Virus record (IMG/VR): IMGVR_UViG_3300020577_010124
Location: 96,001-160,000 of that record
DNA length: 64,000 nucleotides
Reading direction: 5' to 3' (one strand)
Source: a virus
Lineage: Duplodnaviria > Caudoviricetes
Shown here: positions 41,520 to 50,129 of the stretch, one piece after another
How positions within the stretch are numbered: position 1 is the first letter of the stretch
Layout of the letters: every line of letters starts with the position of its first letter
The notes under the pieces: generated by a model
Seen by the model: only the letters and a program-made list of their open reading frames with translations
Databases searched by the model: none
Told to the model about the DNA's origin: nothing
Position numbers and translations under genes: made by a program

Positions 41520-42378
41520 TTCAATCAAAAACAAGATTATGTGCTGCGACGTTTTAGATGGACTCAAAGAGATTCCTGATGAATCTGTTGAGTTTGTCGT
41601 TTCCAGTCCGCCTTACAACGTCAACTTGAAGGGCTATGGCAATAGAGACGACAACGAGCCTTATGCTGTTTATCTTGAATGGCTAAAGAAGATATTCATT
41701 GAATGCAAGAGAATACTTGTCAAAGGCGGTCGTATTGCTATCAATATTGACGCAATGACTAATAGACAAGAAGACAATGATGTTGAATATGTTCGACCTA
41801 TCTACGGTGATCTTATTAAGATTGGACGAGAGATTGGATTGAACTTTCGAACAGATATCTGCTGGTATAAGCAGAATGCGGTTGGCAAAAAGACTGCATG
41901 GGGAAGCTGGCAGGCGTGTTCTAATCCGATTATTCGTCGTAATCATGAATACATTCTTGTTTGGTCAAAAGACGATTGGCGATTGGACGGAGACATTGAG
42001 CAGTCAGACCTTTCTAAGAAAGAGTTTGAGCAATGGACATTCAGTACATGGTTTATTTCGCCAGAAACAAGAAACCTAAACGGTCATCCTGCTCCATTCC
42101 CAGAAGAACTTGTAGTAAGGCTTATTAAGCTATTTACTTACAAAGGTAATACAGTTGTTGACCCGTTCATGGGAACAGGCACGACGGGTGTTGTAGCAAA
42201 GACACTTAGACGAAACTATATAGGGATTGATAATTCGGCAGACGACGTAGATTTTGCTACTAAACGTATAGCTAACACGTTCAATATGTTTGAGGACGAC
42301 ATACCAAGATCTAAGCGTATAGAGAAGGAAAAAGCAGTAAAGTTGAAGGATGATAAGGTAGAGAACGAGATATTTTGA
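41506..42378 (+). CDS. Amino-DNA methyltransferase (N4C/N6A, beta class)
   Basis: VVSSPPYN, HEYIL, HPAPFPEEL, VVDPFMGTGTT. Confidence 0.92.
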   Translation: MKDIDSIKNKIMCCDVLDGLKEIPDESVEFVVSSPPYNVNLKGYGNRDDNEPYAVYLEWLKKIFIECKRILVKGGRIAINIDAMTNRQEDNDVEYVRPIYGDLIKIGREIGLNFRTDICWYKQNAVGKKTAWGSWQACSNPIIRRNHEYILVWSKDDWRLDGDIEQSDLSKKEFEQWTFSTWFISPETRNLNGHPAPFPEELVVRLIKLFTYKGNTVVDPFMGTGTTGVVAKTLRRNYIGIDNSADDVDFATKRIANTFNMFEDDIPRSKRIEKEKAVKLKDDKVENEIF

Positions 42379-42914
42379 TGGATTTTGAGATAGTTTTTAC
42401 AGATTTGACGCTTCTACAAGCGAATGGCAAGTACAACAAAGTTTGTACCATAATGAACTCGGAAATGCAAAGCGACCTGCTTTCAGTCGAGAAGAAACTA
42501 CGCAAAACAAAAATATCTGTAAGTAAGCCTCCGTCAACTTCTAAATGGATGCTTCGTTCGGAAGTTAGCATTAAAAGTCTTTTCGGGTACGCCAATCTTA
42601 CTTGTCATTTTTATAGTACAGGCAAGATATATGTTGCTCGGTATTTCCCGTCTGTAAGAGATATTCATAATACAGACATTCGCTGTTTGACCCATTGGGC
42701 AAATGAGTATGGATGGAAAGTTCCTGAGCCTCTAAATCATATCGTAGACGAGTGGCCTGCTTTCTGGCGAAACGAATGGGAAACATACATTATTGATTCC
42801 GCCTACCTAGAAAAGAAGTATGGTCCTAGAAAAGACATGCAGTTTGACGATACTATTGATCAGAAGGACGCAACCACAGACCAGGAGGAAGGTGATGACC
42901 CACTCTTGTCCTAA
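42375..42914 (+). CDS. Hypothetical protein
   Basis: Overlaps the upstream stop; Trp-rich; acidic tail. Confidence 0.55.
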   Translation: MMDFEIVFTDLTLLQANGKYNKVCTIMNSEMQSDLLSVEKKLRKTKISVSKPPSTSKWMLRSEVSIKSLFGYANLTCHFYSTGKIYVARYFPSVRDIHNTDIRCLTHWANEYGWKVPEPLNHIVDEWPAFWRNEWETYIIDSAYLEKKYGPRKDMQFDDTIDQKDATTDQEEGDDPLLS

Positions 42915-43125
42915 ATGCGGTAGGTCAATCGGTCAAAATGTCTTTGGCACGATATGCGTCGATTGTAAGGCTTATGTAGCACCGATAGATAAGCCGAAGA
43001 TCGTTAAGGACGCAGAAAGACGATTGCAAGAGCATCAACAACAAATACGAAAGTTTCTTAGAGAGAAACTGATGTATGATATGAAGGCGAAATCAGGAGA
43101 AAGCAATGGCGATCAAGTCAAATAA
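42895..43125 (+). CDS. Small zinc-ribbon protein
   Basis: ATG at 42895 after GGAGGAAGG; CPKC...CVDC. Confidence 0.55.
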   Translation: MTHSCPKCGRSIGQNVFGTICVDCKAYVAPIDKPKIVKDAERRLQEHQQQIRKFLREKLMYDMKAKSGESNGDQVK

Positions 43126-43729
43126 AAGCATAGATTTTGAGTACGAGTTTGAGATGCCCAATGGCGCTCTAACTTCATTCTCGTTACGATTCTACTACAC
43201 TGAAGAATACGGACCAACCCTAGCGGTTCTAGACGAAGAGGGAGAACCAGCAATTAACTTCCCCGTTACTATGTTCTCGGAAGTGACAGACTTCCTACAA
43301 GAGCAAGGGATAATTGAAGGCAAGAAGATTCATTCTCTTCCTCAAGTACCAACGAAGTTGTCTAAGCCAAATATCGCTGGTAAGCCTTTGCTTCCTAAGC
43401 CAAAGCTTGTAACTTCACGACCTGCTCAAACAGTCAATCCTCTTAAGGTTGGAAACAAGAAGTTCAATGCGGTGGAACTCGATATAGATAGCGACGAGCC
43501 AGACGAGCAACCTTATGTCCCAGAAGATCTTATTGCTAAGGAAAAGAATCGTCTAGCGGAGATTAGCGCTGCTGTTGAAGGTAGCGTGCCTTCTGACGCT
43601 CTTTCAACTTCCGCAGAACAAGCTAGCGCTCTTTCTGACGAGGAACTTGCAGAGATTCTAGCGCAGAGACAACAAGCCGTAAAGAAGGTTGATAAGGCTG
43701 GTAAGGTACTTCGTAGAAAAGAAGAATGA
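43106..43729 (+). CDS. Hypothetical protein
   Basis: AGGAG RBS; 207 aa. Confidence 0.6.
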   Translation: MAIKSNKSIDFEYEFEMPNGALTSFSLRFYYTEEYGPTLAVLDEEGEPAINFPVTMFSEVTDFLQEQGIIEGKKIHSLPQVPTKLSKPNIAGKPLLPKPKLVTSRPAQTVNPLKVGNKKFNAVELDIDSDEPDEQPYVPEDLIAKEKNRLAEISAAVEGSVPSDALSTSAEQASALSDEELAEILAQRQQAVKKVDKAGKVLRRKEE

Positions 43730-43953
43730 GTCAATATAAAGTAAAACTTATATCGCTTGATAAGCTGCCTGTTGGCCCAATGGGGGTGGCTCAACCGTTA
43801 TGCAATACTTGCGTAACTAAGGATTGTTCAAATCCTATTGAGCCTATGCAGGTTAGTATCTTTGGGGTTATGCGTGATTGGAAGGTCTATAAAAAGAGCG
43901 CTTCTAATACGTCGATGGTAGTTCATTGTGTCGGTTACAACAGAGATAAATAA
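43726..43953 (+). CDS. Small Cys-rich hypothetical protein
   Basis: ATGA overlap; CNTC...C...C. Confidence 0.55.
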   Translation: MSQYKVKLISLDKLPVGPMGVAQPLCNTCVTKDCSNPIEPMQVSIFGVMRDWKVYKKSASNTSMVVHCVGYNRDK

Positions 43954-44234
43954 TGCCACTATATGAGTATGAAGTTCTTGATAATCAAGGCAAGCCAACT
44001 GGCGAAGTAGTCGAGTTCTTGCAGAAAATGTCAGACGCTAAATATGAAAAACATCCTGAAGACGGAAGACCATTACGATATACTGTTTCAACTCTTGGCA
44101 TGGTTGACGACGGCAGACCTGCTTGGGAACGATGTACTGACGTTCGAGATCATATACGCAGCGCAAAGCCCAAGTATGTAAGTGATACTAAAAAAGGTAT
44201 TCGAGAAAGATACGATCCTAATAAGCACGGATGA
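43953..44234 (+). CDS. FmdB-family regulatory protein (Cys-less variant)
   Basis: MPLYEY...E.LQKMSD....HPE.G..L...VS matches the FmdB N-terminal pattern, with CxxC replaced. Confidence 0.7.
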   Translation: MPLYEYEVLDNQGKPTGEVVEFLQKMSDAKYEKHPEDGRPLRYTVSTLGMVDDGRPAWERCTDVRDHIRSAKPKYVSDTKKGIRERYDPNKHG

Positions 44235-44581
44235 GATACGTCAGGAAACAAATCGTTGTCAAAGTTTTGGCGGACGAGATTATAGAAGATCTCTCTGTTG
44301 TAAAACAGCTTCTTGAAACATTTCAACGTTCTCGAACGGACGCTCATATTAGTTATCGCAAAGATCAATTTGAAACAGCGACTGTTCATGATAGAGTCAG
44401 AATAACGGCTGTTCATGAAAACAGTTTTGACCTGACGGTTATCAATCAAACTCATACAATGAATGTCAAGAAGATTCCAATTGCTGACGTTGATTTTATT
44501 TCAACGACGGTTTCTCCAAATGAAATCTTTGTCAAGAAAAGCGGCATCGTTGAAAAAGGCGACACGCTGGATTTGGCGTGA
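44231..44581 (+). CDS. Hypothetical protein
   Basis: ATGA overlap; ends in TLDLA. Confidence 0.55.
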   Translation: MRYVRKQIVVKVLADEIIEDLSVVKQLLETFQRSRTDAHISYRKDQFETATVHDRVRITAVHENSFDLTVINQTHTMNVKKIPIADVDFISTTVSPNEIFVKKSGIVEKGDTLDLA

Positions 44582-44628
44582 GTTGTGGGTTGCTGTCTGA
44601 AAAAGCCTCTAACGCCGAAAATCTGAGC

Positions 44629-46029
44629 ATGAAGATAACCAACAACGCAGATTTTGTACACTTACATAACCACTCCGAATATTCTCAGTTTGACGGTCTT
44701 AACAAAGTCTCGAACTTTGCCAAGTCAGCTAAAGAAATGGGCTTTAAGGCTCTTGCTTTGACTGACCACGGCAATGTTGGCGGCGCTATCAAGTTCATGC
44801 AGTCTTGTTGGAATAAGGATATCAAGAACTTTGATATCAAACCCATAGTTGGATGCGAGTTCTACCTGTCAAAAGACAGGCATATTCATTTCTCTGAGCG
44901 CAAAGAAGGCTCGAAGATCATCAAAGGTCAGACCGACGAGAAGAAAGGCAATCGTCATCTTGTTCTTATCGCAAAGAACTGGAAGGGTTGGCAGAATCTT
45001 GCTGCTCTCTCTCAACTGAGTTGGACCGAAGGTTTTTATCACAATCCTCGTATTGATTTACCCTTGCTAGCAAAGCATTCAGAAGGGCTTATATGCAATT
45101 CCGCCTGTCTTAGTAGCGTTGTCAACGCAAACCTTCTTCATGATCGTTTTGACGCTGCTAGAGCCGCCGTTGGAATTTTCAAGGATATCTTCAAAGAAGA
45201 CTTTCATCTTGAGGTTATGTATCACGGCATTGACGCTGAGGCGATGATTATTCCAGACATTATCAAGCTTGGCAAGGAAATGAATGTTCCAATCATCGCA
45301 ACGAATGATTGTCATTACTGCTCTAAAGAACAGGGACTATCTCAAGAGTTGTTGATGTGCATGAGTACAAGCAAGTGCTTGCATGATCCAAAGCATCTCA
45401 GGTTCCCATTCCATGAGTTCTATCTAAAGTCGGCAGCAGAGATGTCTCAAATCTTTGGGTCGCATCCTGAAGCTCTGCTTAATACTGTCATGGTTGCAGA
45501 TAAAGTAGATTCAAAGGATATCTATGACAATATGATTTCGGGTATTCGTTTGCCAAGATATAGAATTCCCGCAGGTTTCAACTCTCCCTTTGAGTATATG
45601 GAGCATTTGGCTTGGGAAGGAATGAAGAAGCATAATTGGACAGGTAGCGCTCCTCATGTTGAAAGACTAAAGAGAGAGCTTGCTGACGTAAAGGTTGCTT
45701 GGGATAATAACAAGTACGACTTTGCTACTTATTTCCTTATTGTTCGAGACTACATTCAAGAAGCAAATAATCGAGGCATCCTTACAGGTTGCGGTAGAGG
45801 TTCAGGCTTTGCAAGCGTTCTATTGAGAGTCATAGGCATTACTTATGGTCCAGATCCTTTGCTGTTTGATCTGATTTGGGAACGTTTCCTTGGATTCGAT
45901 GATAAGTATTTCTTGCAAGAAAGCGACTTCTTTGGAGAAGCTGTTGCCGAGAAGGTTGCCGATTCTAATGACGATCTATTCGAAGACAGAGACGTTTCTG
46001 ACGACCTGGGCGGCGTAGATAGATATTGA
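44629..46029 (+). CDS. dnaE: DNA polymerase III alpha, N-terminal piece (PHP domain + first part of palm)
   Basis: FVHLHNHSEYS.FDG, ALTDHG, KPIVGCEFY, HLVLIAKN, PRID, ATNDCHY, YFLIV.DYI, GRGS, WERFL, then an acidic tail and stop. Confidence 0.93.
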   Translation: MKITNNADFVHLHNHSEYSQFDGLNKVSNFAKSAKEMGFKALALTDHGNVGGAIKFMQSCWNKDIKNFDIKPIVGCEFYLSKDRHIHFSERKEGSKIIKGQTDEKKGNRHLVLIAKNWKGWQNLAALSQLSWTEGFYHNPRIDLPLLAKHSEGLICNSACLSSVVNANLLHDRFDAARAAVGIFKDIFKEDFHLEVMYHGIDAEAMIIPDIIKLGKEMNVPIIATNDCHYCSKEQGLSQELLMCMSTSKCLHDPKHLRFPFHEFYLKSAAEMSQIFGSHPEALLNTVMVADKVDSKDIYDNMISGIRLPRYRIPAGFNSPFEYMEHLAWEGMKKHNWTGSAPHVERLKRELADVKVAWDNNKYDFATYFLIVRDYIQEANNRGILTGCGRGSGFASVLLRVIGITYGPDPLLFDLIWERFLGFDDKYFLQESDFFGEAVAEKVADSNDDLFEDRDVSDDLGGVDRY

Positions 46030-46030
46030 T

Positions 46031-46882
46031 ATGGCAGATACGCTCATAAAAAGAGTAGGCGGAAAGGTGAAGATCAGAGAGTGGATCAAGTCCAATCTCC
46101 CTCATCACCAAATCTATTGCGAGCCTTTTGGCGGTAGCTTTGCTGTTGGCTTTATCATGCCAACACCTAATCTTACGTCTTATAGGTTGGTTCTAAACGA
46201 TAGCGATAAGCATGTATGGAACTTGTTTCGAGTTTTGAGGGACTATAGACAAGAGTTTTTGGAGAAGATTGCTGCTAGTCCTTATAGCAGAGAAGACTTT
46301 GATCGATCTGTAGAGTACATTCGTTCTAAAAGAGATTTTGAGAAAGAGAATCCTGTTGACTGGGCGAGAATGTATATCATTTACAATCGACAGTCCATGA
46401 TGGGAAAAGAAGACGGGACATGGGCTATCGCTCGGCAAGGTGAAAACTTCTGTCTTACTTGGGCCTCTATTCCGTCTCTTATCCGAGAAGTAGCAGATTT
46501 CTTCAAGAACGTTTTTGTAGAACGAATGGACTATAAGGAATGCATAGCCAAATGGGACAGTCCTGAAACTCTTTTTTATCTAGACCCTCCATACGAGGGA
46601 GTTGAGAAAGATTTTTATGAAGTCAATAAGAAAGACGGATTTGATCATAAAGGAATGGCCGACCTCCTGAAAACCATTAAGGGAAGCTTTGCTGTATCTT
46701 ACTATGACAGCAAGTATATTCGAGATCTTTATCCTGTTAGCGAAGGCTTCGTAATACATGAAAAGTCTGTTCTTAAACATATGCAGACTACCAAGAAGAA
46801 AGATTCCGTAACAGAGTTGCTTATCGTTCGAGAGAATAGTTGGGCAAAGCAGAATAGTAAAGAACGTTTTTGTTTTGAGTAA
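46031..46882 (+). CDS. DNA adenine methyltransferase (Dam-like)
   Basis: GGK, YCEPFGGS, LND, FYLDPPY, VSYY, ELLI. Confidence 0.9.
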   Translation: MADTLIKRVGGKVKIREWIKSNLPHHQIYCEPFGGSFAVGFIMPTPNLTSYRLVLNDSDKHVWNLFRVLRDYRQEFLEKIAASPYSREDFDRSVEYIRSKRDFEKENPVDWARMYIIYNRQSMMGKEDGTWAIARQGENFCLTWASIPSLIREVADFFKNVFVERMDYKECIAKWDSPETLFYLDPPYEGVEKDFYEVNKKDGFDHKGMADLLKTIKGSFAVSYYDSKYIRDLYPVSEGFVIHEKSVLKHMQTTKKKDSVTELLIVRENSWAKQNSKERFCFE

Positions 46883-46887
46883 ACACT

Positions 46888-47136
46888 ATGGCATATCACG
46901 TTAGTCTGATTAGAAAAGGCGAGTATGGTTGTATTTCTAAGATCCAAGAAGAGCTTGACGAGCTTAAGGATGCAACCTTGCAGAAAAACAAGATAATGGC
47001 TTTGATTGAGCTTTCCGATATGATCGGAGCTATCGAAGGCTTCTTGCAAAGAGAATATCCTTTTATTTCATTAGAAGACCTCAAGAAGATGTCTGACGCA
47101 ACTCGTTCAGCATTTATGGATGGAACAAGAAAATGA
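46888..47136 (+). CDS. Small all-alpha NTP-pyrophosphatase (MazG-like) protein
   Basis: KIQEELDELKDA...IELSD matches the EExxE...ExxD metal-binding pattern of MazG-type folds. Confidence 0.55.
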   Translation: MAYHVSLIRKGEYGCISKIQEELDELKDATLQKNKIMALIELSDMIGAIEGFLQREYPFISLEDLKKMSDATRSAFMDGTRK

Positions 47137-47735
47137 AATGGTTTACGGAGCATAATGATCTTAGAGTTATGGCCGACGCTAGAGACTACTATCTCTATAC
47201 GGAGAAGTATCGTCCTATTGAGGCTCCTTGGATTGTTAGTAAGAAAGCCATAATGATTACGGCTCCTGAAGAATGCGAACCATTTGTTCAGAATGAGTCT
47301 CTTGTTGCTTCGGGCGAGCAATCATTTATGCAGATGATTTTGGATGGGCAACTTAAACGAGGAGCGTACTTTACGATTACCCCTTGTTATAGACCAGCAG
47401 ATGCTGCGAGAAATGACGGATTGCATCTTGCTCAGTTTACAAAGCTTGAACTTATTGATTTCTATGAGAATGTTGAACCTACTCATGAAGATCTTAAGCG
47501 AATGATTGTAGGGGCGAAAAAGTTCATGGAAGATGCTAGAGGGGAAATGCTAGATATCGTGCGAGTTCCCGATTCAGAACATAGAGAATGTTTTACTTTT
47601 GAAAATTACGATATCATGACTGCGGGTCCAGGTGAAATAGAACTTGGTTCATATGGAATCCGACGACATCCCGATATTGGGTATTGGGTGTACGGAACGG
47701 GCGCTGCTCTTCCAAGATTAATGCATGGAGTCTAA
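47133..47735 (+). CDS. Stand-alone class II aminoacyl-tRNA synthetase-like catalytic domain
   Basis: Motif 1-like Y.PIEAP, LVASGEQSF, motif 2 TPCYR...H...FTKLELI, IELGSYG, motif 3 GTGAALPR; no anticodon-binding domain. Confidence 0.75.
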   Translation: MKWFTEHNDLRVMADARDYYLYTEKYRPIEAPWIVSKKAIMITAPEECEPFVQNESLVASGEQSFMQMILDGQLKRGAYFTITPCYRPADAARNDGLHLAQFTKLELIDFYENVEPTHEDLKRMIVGAKKFMEDARGEMLDIVRVPDSEHRECFTFENYDIMTAGPGEIELGSYGIRRHPDIGYWVYGTGAALPRLMHGV

Positions 47736-47740
47736 CGATA

Positions 47741-49726
47741 ATGCCAACTCTACAAGAAATCAAACAAGAACTTTTGGGCTTGGTTAAAGATCCGAGCCTT
47801 CTTCCTCTGTGCGAAGCTGAAATTAAGAAGATGGAATCGACCGAGGGATTGGACGATAAACTCAATCTTGAGAAGTTCTACAGTCTCTATAAGATGTCCA
47901 AGACTCGAAGCGACAATCATAGAAATGTTGTCAACTCATGGCTTGCTTATGCGACTGGAATGGTTACAAAGAAACCAGACGAAGGTTCAACCTTCTTCCC
48001 CAAGCGTCGTGCGTTTGCTAGAAAGAGTCTGCCCGACGTTGATAGCGACTTTGACTATGAGCGTAGAGGCGAAATCTATCAGTATTTGATTGACACGTTT
48101 GGACGAGAATACGTTGGAAATATTGGAACGTATTCAGGTCTAAAAACCAAGTCTTATGTTCGTCGCGCAATAAAGGCGATAGATCCAGAGAAGACATTCT
48201 TCAAAGGATTTGACTTTTGGAAGACAGAAACAAATGCATTAGGTGCTGAGATATTGGATTCACTTCCGCCTCAGTATGGAGCGAAGCTCAAGGTAAAGGA
48301 TGATCAGGGTAATGAACATATTATTGATACTGTTGCTGACGCTGCTAAATACTGTAAGAAATTCTCTTATTACATTACTAAGTATCCCTCTCTTCTTCAA
48401 CACTCTCATAGTATTGAAGGACTACTATCCACTTTTGGAGTCCATGCTGCTGGTATTGTCATATCAAGCGAGCCTCTTGGCAATATAGCGCCTCTTCGTC
48501 AGAGCAAGATTGCGGATAGCGCAACCGAAGAGGGTCCAAAGTATGCTTATGCAACTCAGTTTGAGTATAACGATCTAGAATTCCTAGGTCTAATCAAGTT
48601 CGATATTCTTGCTCTTAGTACGCTCTCTGTCATCTATCGTTGCATGAACATGATTGAGCAGAACTATGGAATCAAGGTCAACATCTACGACCTGCCTCTT
48701 GACGACAAGAAAACCTACGATCTTTACAAGAGCGGCAAACTAACGGGCGTATTCCAATGCGAAGAATACGGAATGCAGAAGACAATGGTAAACATGGGAG
48801 TTGACTCTCTTCATGATATCATGGCTGGAATCGCTTTGTATCGTCCTGGTCCTATGGACTATATTGAAACCTATTGCGCTCGAAAGCATGGCGTAGAGCC
48901 GATTGACTATTTCCATTCTTCGCTAAAGCCCTTGCTTGAGCAGCATCTAAAGAAGACATACGGACTTCCTGTTTATCAAGAACAGATTATGCAAGTATGT
49001 AATGCTGTTGCGGGACTTTCCATTCCTGAAGGTTATGTAGTTATCAAGGCTATTGGTAAGAAAAAGCCTGAGTTGCTACAGAAGTATCGTACTCGTTTTG
49101 TTACTGGCGCAAAAGAAACAAACGGTATCGAGCCAAAGGTTGCGGAAGGCTATTGGGATAAGGTTATTACGCCCTTCGCCGACTACGGATTCAATAAGGC
49201 GCATGCTTGTTGCTATGCATACAACTCATATGCGACGGCGTATTTGAAGGCCAATTATCCTGAAGAGTTTGTTGCTTCCTACTTGAACGTTGAAGTTATT
49301 CGAGCCAACTACGACAAGATTGCTACTCTAGAAAAGATGGCAGACGAAATGAACATTACGATTCTTCCTCGTCACATCAATACTTGTAAGCTTGAATACA
49401 CAATCGCCAAGAGAGCGGACGCTACGAATGGTGTTCCAGGGTCGGAAATCATGCCTTCTATCCGTTGTAAGGGTTTGAGTTTTTCCGCGGCAGAAGAAAT
49501 TGTCAAGCATCAACCATATGCGAGCTTGAAAGAGTTTGCAGAGTTTACGGATACAAAGCTTGTTGATATGAGAGCATTGGAAGCTTTGATTGAGGCAGGT
49601 TTCTTCAAGCCCAAGCAAGGTAGATCACGACCTGCTCAGGATATTCTTGACGAGTTTGAGATGATGAGAGAAGACCTTAAGAAGCTTCGCAAGCGAGGTA
49701 TCGAAGGCGGAAATATGTTTGAGTGA
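47741..49726 (+). CDS. dnaE: DNA polymerase III alpha, C-terminal piece (catalytic palm, thumb, fingers, HhH; no OB fold)
   Basis: SLPDVDSDF, HAAGIVI, IKFDILAL, GVFQCE, ALYRPGP, YQEQIMQ, YGFNKAH, YLKANYP, LEALIEAGFF. Confidence 0.93.
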   Translation: MPTLQEIKQELLGLVKDPSLLPLCEAEIKKMESTEGLDDKLNLEKFYSLYKMSKTRSDNHRNVVNSWLAYATGMVTKKPDEGSTFFPKRRAFARKSLPDVDSDFDYERRGEIYQYLIDTFGREYVGNIGTYSGLKTKSYVRRAIKAIDPEKTFFKGFDFWKTETNALGAEILDSLPPQYGAKLKVKDDQGNEHIIDTVADAAKYCKKFSYYITKYPSLLQHSHSIEGLLSTFGVHAAGIVISSEPLGNIAPLRQSKIADSATEEGPKYAYATQFEYNDLEFLGLIKFDILALSTLSVIYRCMNMIEQNYGIKVNIYDLPLDDKKTYDLYKSGKLTGVFQCEEYGMQKTMVNMGVDSLHDIMAGIALYRPGPMDYIETYCARKHGVEPIDYFHSSLKPLLEQHLKKTYGLPVYQEQIMQVCNAVAGLSIPEGYVVIKAIGKKKPELLQKYRTRFVTGAKETNGIEPKVAEGYWDKVITPFADYGFNKAHACCYAYNSYATAYLKANYPEEFVASYLNVEVIRANYDKIATLEKMADEMNITILPRHINTCKLEYTIAKRADATNGVPGSEIMPSIRCKGLSFSAAEEIVKHQPYASLKEFAEFTDTKLVDMRALEALIEAGFFKPKQGRSRPAQDILDEFEMMREDLKKLRKRGIEGGNMFE

Positions 49727-49785
49727 ACCAATAGCAATCTTTAGTGAGAACGACGATGAAGAAGTCAATAGCGAAAGGTAATCAA

Positions 49786-50106
49786 ATGAGCAATGAAGCA
49801 GAGACTCCAAAAATGAGAAAATCAATCGTCCGTAAGTCTATAACTCGCAAGTACAATACTGCAAAGTTTGAAACTATGGATATCGTAGTAGACCATTCCA
49901 TCGAAGTAGAATGGGACACGATCGAAAATCTTAGAGCAAAGAGCGATAGCGTTACTACGCTTGTAGCCAATGATTTCGAGCAAACAGCTAAGAAAGTCTT
50001 CGAAGATTTCCGTCTAACTTCTACTCCTGCCTCTATGAATGAAGCGGGTCCAGCGAAGCGCGGACTTTCTGCGGAAGAAAAGAAAGACTTTGATAAGCTT
50101 AGTTGA
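49786..50106 (+). CDS. Hypothetical protein
   Basis: ATG at 49786 preceded by GAAAGGT. Confidence 0.55.
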   Translation: MSNEAETPKMRKSIVRKSITRKYNTAKFETMDIVVDHSIEVEWDTIENLRAKSDSVTTLVANDFEQTAKKVFEDFRLTSTPASMNEAGPAKRGLSAEEKKDFDKLS

Positions 50107-50129
50107 AATACAACAATAGGAAGTAGTAA

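Noticed and set aside
45890-48030. Group I/II intron or split intein joining the dnaE halves
   Set aside because: The interval is filled by abutting ORFs with gaps of a few nucleotides. There is no intron core and no Cys/Ser-start or His-Asn intein terminus on either piece.
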